This document shows, one piece after another, positions 22,488-30,209 of a stretch of 47,825 bases of DNA (the first letter of the stretch is position 1; each line of letters begins with the position of its first letter). A program made the position numbers and the translations under genes. The stretch is taken from IMG/VR virus record IMGVR_UViG_3300030399_000026; one strand, given 5' to 3'. The notes under the pieces were generated by a model. It did not search any database. It saw only the letters and a program-made list of their open reading frames with translations, and was not told the DNA's origin. This DNA comes from a virus.

Positions 22488-22937
22488 ATGAAAAACATCG
22501 TCCTCTTCGACCTTGACGGCACCATCGCCAACATCGACCACCGCCTTCACTACCTCTCTCGGGAGAACATAGATTGGACCGGGTCCGAATCCCAGTGCGA
22601 GTACGACCTACCCATTCCCGCGACAGTAGCGATGCTGCGCGCCCTGTCCCAGAGCGGAAAACAAATTTGGTTGTGGACAGGAAGAACAGTTGGTGTCGAA
22701 GCCATGACCAAAATCTGGCTGGAACGCCACTCAATCCCGTACCACCAACTCCTGATGCGCCCCGAGGGAACTTTCCTGAGCGCCGCCAGTCTGAAGAAGA
22801 GGTGGCTCAACGACTCCCCCGTTCCCAAAGAACGAGTTATCTGCGCATTCGAAGACGAGCCCCGAATCGTAGAGATGCTGACCGGTGAGGGCCTAACCGT
22901 CTTCCACGTCCGCCGACCTGAACCGGAGTTCGAATGA
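22488..22937 (+). CDS. HAD-superfamily phosphatase (polynucleotide 3'-phosphatase / 5'-nucleotidase-like, 149 aa)
   Basis: Motif I is VLFDLDGTIA. TGR lies in WLWTGRTV, and the motif IV-like segment is AFEDEPRIVEM. The overall layout resembles phage PNK-phosphatase-type HAD proteins. Confidence 0.75.
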   Translation: MKNIVLFDLDGTIANIDHRLHYLSRENIDWTGSESQCEYDLPIPATVAMLRALSQSGKQIWLWTGRTVGVEAMTKIWLERHSIPYHQLLMRPEGTFLSAASLKKRWLNDSPVPKERVICAFEDEPRIVEMLTGEGLTVFHVRRPEPEFE

Positions 22938-23140
22938 GGAGAAGTCCTATGTCACGCTGGACTTGTATTTGCCAAGACTGCGGAGAAGAGATTGAGCCAG
23001 AGTTGGAGGAGAACGAACGCCTCAATGAACACGGCACCGAGATAACTTATTGGGTTCCCGTCTGCCCGGAGTGCGGATGGCAACTCGACGAGGACCAGTC
23101 GATGGATTGGTTTGCGCAACAACGCAAGGAGGGAAATTAG
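22934..23140 (+). CDS. Zn-ribbon protein (68 aa)
   Basis: Contains CQDCGEE...CPECG (two CxxC pairs). ATGA overlap with the upstream gene. Confidence 0.55.
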   Translation: MRRSPMSRWTCICQDCGEEIEPELEENERLNEHGTEITYWVPVCPECGWQLDEDQSMDWFAQQRKEGN

Positions 23141-23347
23141 ATGTTCGAAGATTTATATGAAGGGCAACCGCCCTCACGCCACCTCGACGTGAAGTGGCAC
23201 GGCGATGACAAGTGGAACTTGTTCGACTGCGAGGGGCATCCAATGGTGCTTCTCTTCACAGGTAACTCCGTCGAAGAGTGCGACTCCTGGCTCATCACCA
23301 ACAGACCTGATGTTGACTTCGTCTACATCGAGAAGGGGCAATCATGA
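23141..23347 (+). CDS. Hypothetical protein (68 aa)
   Basis: RBS aaggaggg plus 7 nt. Confidence 0.55.
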   Translation: MFEDLYEGQPPSRHLDVKWHGDDKWNLFDCEGHPMVLLFTGNSVEECDSWLITNRPDVDFVYIEKGQS

Positions 23348-23481
23348 TCGTCTGCTACAAGTACCCGGCGCCTGAGTTCCGCACCGCCCCCGAGGAGCCC
23401 AAGCCCAAGCACCGTGCTGGCCTCGACCCCGAGGAAGTAGATTGGGAAGCGCACAAAGCATTTATGAGAGGAGAAGGGTGA
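23344..23481 (+). CDS. Hypothetical 45-aa protein ending ...DWEAHKAFMRGEG
   Basis: ATGA overlap with the upstream gene; found by hand translation. Confidence 0.4.
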   Translation: MIVCYKYPAPEFRTAPEEPKPKHRAGLDPEEVDWEAHKAFMRGEG

Positions 23482-23717
23482 TGCCATGCTCTGACAACGG
23501 GCAAGATGAGCACGAGAACAAGTTGATGTACGGTCTCGATATTTCCAGTGCCGACCTAGCAGCAGCAGTGGCTTGCGAAGTCTTACACAAAGCTGCCGAG
23601 GCTGGCCTCATCCCCCAGTGTAGTAAGACCGTTCAACTCTGGTGGAAGAACCACCAAGCCCGCGACGAGGAACGCCGCAAGACGGGATGGCCCCTTAAAC
23701 ACAGGAACTTACCATGA
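23481..23717 (+). CDS. Hypothetical protein (78 aa)
   Basis: TGATG overlap with the upstream gene. Confidence 0.5.
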   Translation: MPCSDNGQDEHENKLMYGLDISSADLAAAVACEVLHKAAEAGLIPQCSKTVQLWWKNHQARDEERRKTGWPLKHRNLP

Positions 23718-24010
23718 TCTTTTACAAACACGAATGTGTAGATAACGACCTGTCTAGGGCAGGCGTCTATACAGCCTTCATCACCTACGATGCCCGGACC
23801 CATGAGACGGCCTTCTTCAATGTCGTCTCTCGTGGAGAGTCCCCCGAAGACGGCGACATAGTTCCCTTCACCAAGCACCAGGTGGCCGTAGTCGAACGCC
23901 GCTACCTCGACTGGTGCGCTGCTCACCCCGACAAGGCTGTCGCCGCAGTAGGCGGGGCCGTGGTCCACTTCAACCGCGAAGCATACGAAGACTTCATGAG
24001 GTCGCTATGA
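23714..24010 (+). CDS. Hypothetical protein (98 aa) ending ...NREAYEDFMRSL
   Basis: ATGA overlap with the upstream gene. Confidence 0.55.
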   Translation: MIFYKHECVDNDLSRAGVYTAFITYDARTHETAFFNVVSRGESPEDGDIVPFTKHQVAVVERRYLDWCAAHPDKAVAAVGGAVVHFNREAYEDFMRSL

Positions 24011-24357
24011 CTCAATGGGCAACGAATCCCTATACCCCCTACGGGGCGCAGATGGCTTCCCCCCACAACATCCAAGTGGGGGATCGCTTCCATTACGACG
24101 ACACCTCCATCAATCCCAACACCGCCGACATCTTCGAGGGGGAGGTGATATCGGTGATGAGTGCGGATGTCTTCCGTGCCAAGATCACTTCGCGGCAGGC
24201 GCAGAGTTTCTATGGAGGAACCGAGGTCTCACTGTCCTCGGCCAGCCGCTACATCACGTGGTACGCCAGTCTACTGGCGCCGCCTCTGCAAACGTCTCGG
24301 GAACTGCCCAACGGCTTCGACTACGACGCCCACAAAGACTTTATGAGGAACCTCTGA
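24007..24357 (+). CDS. Hypothetical protein (116 aa) ending ...DYDAHKDFMRNL
   Basis: ATGA overlap with the upstream gene. Confidence 0.55.
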   Translation: MTQWATNPYTPYGAQMASPHNIQVGDRFHYDDTSINPNTADIFEGEVISVMSADVFRAKITSRQAQSFYGGTEVSLSSASRYITWYASLLAPPLQTSRELPNGFDYDAHKDFMRNL

Positions 24358-26018
24358 TGTCGTTTCGCCCTGAAGGTCCACTTGATGCCCGGATCATGGT
24401 CATCTCGGATGCCCCAGATTTCGACAGGAAGGGGGTGCCACGCCCTTTTGGGCAGAACCCTGGGGAGTTGCTAGGGCGCATGCTTGCGGAGGCCGGGATA
24501 GCCGTTTCCTCGTGCTTCGTGACGAGCGCCGTGCGTGAACGTCCGCCGGGGAATAAGATCGAGTTGTGGGCGCCCCCCACAAAAAAGGGGCAGACCGAGT
24601 TGGCTGGCTCCGAAAACGGCGTCGAGTGCCAAGGCCGCATCGTTCACCGCTACATCAAGGAAGGCTATGAAAAGCTCCAAGAGGAAATCGCCCTCGTTCA
24701 ACCCCGGCTCATTATTGCGCTGGGTAATACTGCTCTTTGGGCTCTTACTGGCCTCGTTTCTGTTTCTAAGTGGCGTGGAAGCACTCTTACTGTGCCTTCC
24801 CTTCCAGGGGTAACAATTGTTCCTACTCTGCACCCTGCCTCTGTCCTACGCCAGTGGTCTACACGCCCCATCGTCGTGCAAGACTTGCGGAGGGCCGCAC
24901 AAGCCGCAACTATCCCTCCTGTTAAGCCCGCATGGAGGTTTGCTATACGACCTTCATTGCAGCAGGTGCGAGAAACGATGGCGAATCTGGAAGCCACGCT
25001 TGATGCAGCTACCGCCCCCCTCGTCCTCTCGACCGACATAGAAACTCGCGCCCAGCACATCACTTGCTTGGGCATTGCCTGGAGCAAGCTCGATGCCATT
25101 TGCATCCCATTCCTCTCTGTCGACCGTCCAGACGGCTATTGGTCACAGGACGATGAGGCTGAGATTGTCTACCTTCTCTATCGGGTTCTCACGCACCGTA
25201 ACGCATTGGTCATCGGACAAAACTTCATCTACGACACTCAGTATATTCTGCGGCATTGGGGATTCGTACCACGCTTTGGGCGTGACACTATGGTCGCCTT
25301 CCACGTTTGCTTTCCGGGAATGCCGAAGTCCCTCGACCATATCGCGTCGATGACTAACGAGTGGTACGTGTATTGGAAGGATGATGGCAAGGAATGGGAC
25401 AAAGGAGCAGACCAAGATGAAGATCGTTATTGGACGTACAACTGTGAGGACTGCGTTCGGACTTATGAGGCCGATGAAGTTCTTCAGACCGTTGTGGATA
25501 AGATGGGACTGCGTGGACCACACGACTTTCAGCAGAAGCTATTCTATCCAGTGCTGCGTACTATGGTTCGGGGTGTACGCATCGATAAGGCACGACAGAC
25601 TGCAATGCGAGCGAGGCTGAACCACCATGCGAAGGAATGTATCCAGGCTATCGAGCAGATGGTGGGGTGGCCGCTCAACCCTAAGTCGCCCAAGCAAATG
25701 CAGAAGTTCTTCTACGAAGAGCTTGGCTTACCGGTCCAGAAGAAACGCGGTTCTATCGGTCCATCGTGTGACGACGCAGCGCTTGATACGTTCCGCGCAA
25801 AAGTTCCATACCTCCGACCGCTGGTTGATGCTATCAAAGAGTTTCGCTCTTGTGAAACCGTCGCAGCGAACGCGTTGAAGGCAGGAGCAATAGGCCATGA
25901 TGGAAGAGTCCACTGCTCCTACAACATAACTGGAACAACTACGTTCCGTTTCTCGTCCTCTACGGACGCCTTTGGTAGCGGGTATAACCTGCAAAACATT
26001 ACTGCTGGAGATGAATGA
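24357..26018 (+). CDS. Family-A DNA polymerase, part I: UDG-like N-domain, 3'-5' exonuclease and N-terminal half of the polymerase domain (553 aa)
   Basis: The UDG family-4-like motifs are IMVISDAPDFDRKGVPRPF and TLHPAS. The exonuclease motifs are STDIET, GQNFIYDTQY and YNCEDC. The polymerase thumb region is PKSPKQMQKFFYEELGLP. The ORF ends ...GSGYNLQNI-TAGDE-stop, exactly at the conserved PolA NLQNIP element. Confidence 0.85.
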   Translation: MSFRPEGPLDARIMVISDAPDFDRKGVPRPFGQNPGELLGRMLAEAGIAVSSCFVTSAVRERPPGNKIELWAPPTKKGQTELAGSENGVECQGRIVHRYIKEGYEKLQEEIALVQPRLIIALGNTALWALTGLVSVSKWRGSTLTVPSLPGVTIVPTLHPASVLRQWSTRPIVVQDLRRAAQAATIPPVKPAWRFAIRPSLQQVRETMANLEATLDAATAPLVLSTDIETRAQHITCLGIAWSKLDAICIPFLSVDRPDGYWSQDDEAEIVYLLYRVLTHRNALVIGQNFIYDTQYILRHWGFVPRFGRDTMVAFHVCFPGMPKSLDHIASMTNEWYVYWKDDGKEWDKGADQDEDRYWTYNCEDCVRTYEADEVLQTVVDKMGLRGPHDFQQKLFYPVLRTMVRGVRIDKARQTAMRARLNHHAKECIQAIEQMVGWPLNPKSPKQMQKFFYEELGLPVQKKRGSIGPSCDDAALDTFRAKVPYLRPLVDAIKEFRSCETVAANALKAGAIGHDGRVHCSYNITGTTTFRFSSSTDAFGSGYNLQNITAGDE

Positions 26019-26410
26019 TGTCAGTACGTGACGGTGTCAACAAGTTTGTGTCGGTGTGCTTTAAGGCTTCCTACAATGCTGGATGGTGGACGGACTTGAA
26101 GACGGGCGAGAACCTCTGCGCCCCGGAGAACCTCAAGAAGTATCGCATCGTGCAGGAGAAGCTGTGCCTCATCCACTCGGAGGTTAGCGAGGGGCTCGAA
26201 GGTTATCGCAAGAACCTGATGGACGACAAGCTCCCGCACCGGACGATGCTGGAAGTGGAACTGGCTGATGCCATGATTCGCATTGGCGACTTGGCCGGTG
26301 CCCTCGACCTCGACTTAGGTGGCGCCATCGAAGAGAAGCTGGCCTTCAACGCAGTCCGCCCCGACCACAAGGTCGAGAACCGTGCTGCTGAAGGCGGCAA
26401 AGCTTTCTAA
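26015..26410 (+). CDS. MazG-like nucleoside triphosphate pyrophosphohydrolase (131 aa)
   Basis: SEVSEGLEGYRK...EVELADAMIRIGDLAGALDLDLGGAIEEKLAFNAVRPDHK is the all-alpha MazG-type EExxE/D pattern. The ATG overlaps the stop of polymerase part I. Confidence 0.7.
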   Translation: MMSVRDGVNKFVSVCFKASYNAGWWTDLKTGENLCAPENLKKYRIVQEKLCLIHSEVSEGLEGYRKNLMDDKLPHRTMLEVELADAMIRIGDLAGALDLDLGGAIEEKLAFNAVRPDHKVENRAAEGGKAF

Positions 26411-26420
26411 GGAGACCGCC

Positions 26421-27161
26421 ATGCCGAAAGCCTCAACCCGGACCTCGGCTGGCGCGTACTTCTCGCGCTGGCTGAAGAAGTTCCGACTTGACTACAACTA
26501 CACCGTATCGGGGCTCACCGATGTCACCGGCATAGCGGAGCGGTCCCTGCACGCCTACGAGGGCAATGAATTCGACCCCACCCTTAAGCACCTTATTGTG
26601 CTTAGCGTCTTCAGTGGGGTTTCGATTCCTGATATGGTAGGGGTCCGAATCACCGGCCTACCCCCCAAGATGGGAGGTGTGCGCTACAACTACCGCACCG
26701 GGGACTGGACCGCCAAGTTCGTAAGCGGCACCAAGGGGGGCAACGCTTACCTGGGCCACTTCACCACTGAGCAGCAAGCCCTAGACGCCATTCAAAAGCA
26801 ACGGAGAATTCACAGTGGCAATCCCAAACTGCCGAGAGATGTTCATACCGGACAATGGACGGGAGATGTTCGACCTGGACTTGGACTCAGCGGACCTGAG
26901 AATAGTGACGTGGGAGTCGAACTGCCGGGGGATGAAAGACCTGTTCGCGGCAGGAGTAAAGCCTTACGTAGCCGTCGCGCAGGAGTATTACCACGACCCG
27001 TCGATCACGAAGTCCCACCCGGCCTACCAAGTCTTCAAGAAGCTGTGCCACGGGACCAACTACATGGGGAAGCCCCCTACGATAGCCGGACAGTGTGGCC
27101 TTTTGGTCAACGATGTGACACGGATTCAGAAGTGGTACTTCGAGAAGTTCCCGGAAATTAA
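26421..27161 (+). CDS. HTH plus AP2-domain DNA-binding protein (real 3' end uncertain)
   Basis: RBS aaggag plus 7 nt. The XRE-like HTH is TVSGLTDVTGIAERSLHAYEGNEFDPTLKHLIVLS. The AP2-like segment is GVRYNYRTGDWTAKFVSGTKGGNAYLGHFTTEQQALDA. After about 26810 the frame overlaps polymerase part II and reads as R/P/G-rich off-frame sequence. No nuclease motif was seen. Confidence 0.5.
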   Translation: MPKASTRTSAGAYFSRWLKKFRLDYNYTVSGLTDVTGIAERSLHAYEGNEFDPTLKHLIVLSVFSGVSIPDMVGVRITGLPPKMGGVRYNYRTGDWTAKFVSGTKGGNAYLGHFTTEQQALDAIQKQRRIHSGNPKLPRDVHTGQWTGDVRPGLGLSGPENSDVGVELPGDERPVRGRSKALRSRRAGVLPRPVDHEVPPGLPSLQEAVPRDQLHGEAPYDSRTVWPFGQRCDTDSEVVLREVPGN

Positions 27162-27531
27162 GCAGTGGCAAGAGCGCCTCACTAAGAAAGCGGAGCGCAC
27201 TGCCACGATGGAGAATGCTTTCGGCTATCGGCGCAGGTGGTTCGACCGGGTCGAGGGCAACATCATCAACGAAATGGTGGCATGGATTCCCCAATCCACC
27301 GTAGCCATCATCATCAACCACGCCTACACAAACATCGATGCGAACCTACCTGATGTGGATATATTGCTTCAAGTACACGACTCTCTTACTGGGCAGTTTC
27401 CGCTGGAAGATCGTGAGAAGCATATCGCGGATATCACCCGCGAAAGTACCATTGTCGTTCCTTACCCTGATCCTCTTATCGTCCCTGTTGGCCTGAAGCT
27501 ATCGACGGATAGTTGGGGGCGTTGCAAATGA
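26815..27531 (+). CDS. Family-A DNA polymerase, part II: palm and fingers motifs A, B and C (238 aa, GTG start)
   Basis: RBS ggag plus 8 nt precedes GTG 26815. AIPNCREMF continues the NLQNIP...R..F element. Motif A is LDLDSADLRIV, motif B is FKKLCHGTNYMG and motif C is LLQVHDS. Confidence 0.8.
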   Translation: MAIPNCREMFIPDNGREMFDLDLDSADLRIVTWESNCRGMKDLFAAGVKPYVAVAQEYYHDPSITKSHPAYQVFKKLCHGTNYMGKPPTIAGQCGLLVNDVTRIQKWYFEKFPEIKQWQERLTKKAERTATMENAFGYRRRWFDRVEGNIINEMVAWIPQSTVAIIINHAYTNIDANLPDVDILLQVHDSLTGQFPLEDREKHIADITRESTIVVPYPDPLIVPVGLKLSTDSWGRCK

Positions 27532-28715
27532 GAAAGCTAGATAACTGGCTCGACGAGTTCGTGCGCTACGGACAGGTCGGGGAAGCACCGGATCACCTCC
27601 TCTTCTGGACGGGGGTGTCTACTATTGCAGGCGCATTGGGGAGGAAGGTATGGCTAGAGCAGGGATTGTTTCGTTGGTACGCAAACTTCTACGTGGTCCT
27701 CGTTGCTCCCCCTGGGATCATCTCGAAGACAACGTGTGCTGGTATCGGTGTGAAGTTGCTGCGCCAAGTGGACGAGGTGTTCTTCGGGCCGAATGTCGTT
27801 ACGTGGCAAGCATTGGTTTCGTCCTTCAAGAAAGCGAACTCAGTTACCGAGGAGGGTCATGGCGAGTCTATTGAGACCCATTCACTCAACATTTTTTCTG
27901 GGGAGTTTGGAAACCTGCTGACCCCGAACGACCGGGAGATGATGGACATGCTGGTGTCCCTATGGGACTGCGCATCGATCTACAAGGAGACGAAGAAGGA
28001 TGGCGCTGAGTCGATTGAGAACACCTTTCTCAACCTGATTGCATGCACTACGCCCGGGTGGATTAGCGGCAACATCCCCCCGTACATGATCGAGGGCGGG
28101 TTGGTGAGCCGTATCATCTGGGTCTATGGGGAAGAGAAGCGGAAGCTGGTTGCCTACCCCGGCTTAGCCTTCAACACGGCGGCAAGTGAGATGCGCAGGC
28201 AGGAGATTCGCCTCGTCGAGGACCTCCGTGCTATCTCCAAACTGAAGGGCGAGTTCGGCATGACGGAGGAGGCTATCGCTTGGGGCGAGGAGTGGTATCA
28301 GGCCCACTACTTCCTCCACAAGAAGGGCGCCGATGACGCACGCTTCGGGGGCTACCTCGCCCGGAAGCAAACCCATATCCACAAGCTGGCGATGATCCTA
28401 TCCGCCGCCCGTGGCGATTCCATGCTCATCACCGTCGAGGACCTACAAAATGCTGAGACCCATATCACCGCGCTGGAAGCCAGCCTGCCGCAAATCTTCG
28501 ACCGCATTGGGAAATCTGAGACATCATCGCAGACTGATCGACTACTCTCATTTATCGGGCAACATGCGCAAGGAGTGCCGATGGCTACGGCTTATCAGCA
28601 TGTACACAACTACTTCCCCAAGCTTGATGATTTCCAAGCGGTGGTCAAAGGGCTTAAAGCTGCGGGTATGGTGAAGCAGAGGGTTGAAGGAGGAACAATC
28701 CTCCTCCACCTTTAG
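27528..28715 (+). CDS. P-loop replication protein, helicase-like (DUF3987/primase-helicase-type resemblance, 395 aa)
   Basis: ATGA overlap with polymerase part II. It has a deviant Walker A, VLVAPPGIISKTT, preceded by FWTGVSTIAGALGRKVW. Position and size fit a replicative helicase, but the family call is weak. Confidence 0.5.
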   Translation: MRKLDNWLDEFVRYGQVGEAPDHLLFWTGVSTIAGALGRKVWLEQGLFRWYANFYVVLVAPPGIISKTTCAGIGVKLLRQVDEVFFGPNVVTWQALVSSFKKANSVTEEGHGESIETHSLNIFSGEFGNLLTPNDREMMDMLVSLWDCASIYKETKKDGAESIENTFLNLIACTTPGWISGNIPPYMIEGGLVSRIIWVYGEEKRKLVAYPGLAFNTAASEMRRQEIRLVEDLRAISKLKGEFGMTEEAIAWGEEWYQAHYFLHKKGADDARFGGYLARKQTHIHKLAMILSAARGDSMLITVEDLQNAETHITALEASLPQIFDRIGKSETSSQTDRLLSFIGQHAQGVPMATAYQHVHNYFPKLDDFQAVVKGLKAAGMVKQRVEGGTILLHL

Positions 28716-29182
28716 AGAGCGGCGATGAAGAAGAGGCGGTTCGTCCACCCCTTCCCGTAATTCGCCCACACCCCTAGACCTTCGAGGTGCTGAAGATGCA
28801 ACGTGAGATATTCGTGATAGCGGGTGGTATCGAAACTGCGCAACGCTGTGAGCGTTTGTGGCCCAAATACCCCATCGACCGGCACACCTACAAGCTGCTG
28901 GAGCAACTTAACCGCCGCTGTCCCCCCACTCATGACACAGGCATTGAAGTACCAAAGGTCAAGGTGTGCTGGCATCTGCCCACATTGCCATTTCAGCCAG
29001 TAGTCTTGGTAGTAGATGGCCGACGCCTGAGCCTCGGTGAGGTTGGCGATATCGAGGTTCGGATAGGAAGCCTTCGAGATGCCGAAGTTGGTCTCACCTC
29101 CGGGGTCCGAGGGGTCATTCACATACCCCCCTTCCAGTTCGAGGATGAATGGTACACAGTAGTCAAAGTTGATATTGCACAT
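28712..29182 (-). CDS. Endolysin, GH108 lysozyme with a PG-binding-like C-terminus (156 aa)
   Basis: ILELEGGYVNDPSDPGGETNFGIS is the GH108 signature. It is followed by ...VPVDGVFGPQTLTAL, a PG_binding_3-like segment. Confidence 0.85.
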   Translation of the reverse strand: MCNINFDYCVPFILELEGGYVNDPSDPGGETNFGISKASYPNLDIANLTEAQASAIYYQDYWLKWQCGQMPAHLDLWYFNACVMSGGTAAVKLLQQLVGVPVDGVFGPQTLTALRSFDTTRYHEYLTLHLQHLEGLGVWANYGKGWTNRLFFIAAL

Positions 29183-29184
29183 GA

Positions 29185-29400
29185 CTAGCCCTTGTTGGTG
29201 ATGGCGCGGTAGACCTCGATGGCCGCCGCTGCCGCCGCTACGATCCAGCCCCCGGCCTTGGCGAACAAGAGGGCGGTGCGCCCCAAGGAGACCACGTCAA
29301 GAACCCGATCCAACTTCTGGTCCAGGCTCTTGCACTCGGCCTCCACCTTCTGCTCTAGCGCAAAGACTCGCTGCTCTAGTTGCCGTAACTGTTCCATCAT
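29185..29400 (-). CDS. Coiled-coil plus C-terminal TM protein (71 aa), holin- or spanin-like
   Basis: The N-terminus is MMEQLRQLEQRVFALEQKVEAE... and the C-terminal hydrophobic stretch is LLFAKAGGWIVAAAAAAIEVY. It is adjacent to the endolysin. Confidence 0.45.
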   Translation of the reverse strand: MMEQLRQLEQRVFALEQKVEAECKSLDQKLDRVLDVVSLGRTALLFAKAGGWIVAAAAAAIEVYRAITNKG

Positions 29401-29406
29401 GGCCCC

Positions 29407-29886
29407 TTACGGTTGGAGGTATTCGATACGGAAGTTGGTGGAGATTCCGCTGGCGGCGACCGTGCAGGTCCCGGCTGGGCTGATGAAGGCGCGGACGGAG
29501 AGGGACTGTCCCGCTGTCAGCGCCGTCAATATATCCACCGAGACCGTGTTGATGTAGGCAACGCCCGCCGACTGGTTCTCTGATAGCTCTCCTATCGCGA
29601 CAGCACCGCCCGCCGCTTGAATGATAACCTCCAAGACCGCAGGGGTAACCGCCGCTGTGGGGACATTACTCAGTAGCAACGTAGCCGACACCCGGTACAA
29701 TCCACCCCACGGAGCGGTGTAGACTTCGGTGCCCGTGTTGTACGCGGAGAAGTTGTCGTACTCGACGGTATTAAACGCCACCGCAGTTTGAGTATTGGCC
29801 GAGATGGTTTGCGGCGTGCTGAGGCTAACCATTGTCAGGGGGCGATTCCCCGGCAACTCGGGTTGCCCTTGGAAGATGTGTCCCAT
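29407..29886 (-). CDS. C1q/TNF-like jelly-roll protein, probable fibre tip or receptor-binding protein (159 aa)
   Basis: Starts at internal ATG 29886 with a TAATG overlap. AFNTVEYDNFSAYNTGTEVYTAPWGGLYRVSATLLL resembles the C1q-type F..V..D....Y.....F.AP..G.Y pattern. Confidence 0.5.
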   Translation of the reverse strand: MGHIFQGQPELPGNRPLTMVSLSTPQTISANTQTAVAFNTVEYDNFSAYNTGTEVYTAPWGGLYRVSATLLLSNVPTAAVTPAVLEVIIQAAGGAVAIGELSENQSAGVAYINTVSVDILTALTAGQSLSVRAFISPAGTCTVAASGISTNFRIEYLQP

Positions 29887-30200
29887 TATTGCGACTCCAG
29901 CCCGCTGACCGTTAGGGACAGCCCGGTAGCAGAGGCGGCGGTTGTTATCGTATCCCCAGCATTCAACACCAGGGTCCCCGTCCACGTCATAGTTTGATTG
30001 GGTGGGATGGGGGTAAGGACGAAGATGGGCGACCCTACCGGAGCGCTGAGACTGAAGTTGACGGAGATGGTATTGGGATTCGCCACCGTGATGCACTTCA
30101 CCACATCCTGCCTGGAGGCAGGAACCGTGTACTGCACCGTTGAAGCCACAACAACCGACACGTTGACCTGCCGGATATATTGAACAATCGTGAAGGCCAT
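29886..30200 (-). CDS. Beta-rich virion protein (104 aa)
   Basis: Clean ORF, translationally coupled to the next gene. Confidence 0.55.
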   Translation of the reverse strand: MAFTIVQYIRQVNVSVVVASTVQYTVPASRQDVVKCITVANPNTISVNFSLSAPVGSPIFVLTPIPPNQTMTWTGTLVLNAGDTITTAASATGLSLTVSGLESQ

Positions 30201-30209
30201 GCTGGCTCC

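Noticed and set aside
26001-26823. A group I intron or intein as the explanation for the interrupted DNA polymerase.
   Set aside because: The insert is almost entirely occupied by two RBS- or overlap-coupled ORFs, leaving no room for an intron catalytic core. Part I ends in a stop overlapped by the next start, part II has its own GGAG-N8-GTG, and no intein blocks are present. Splicing remains formally testable by RT-PCR.
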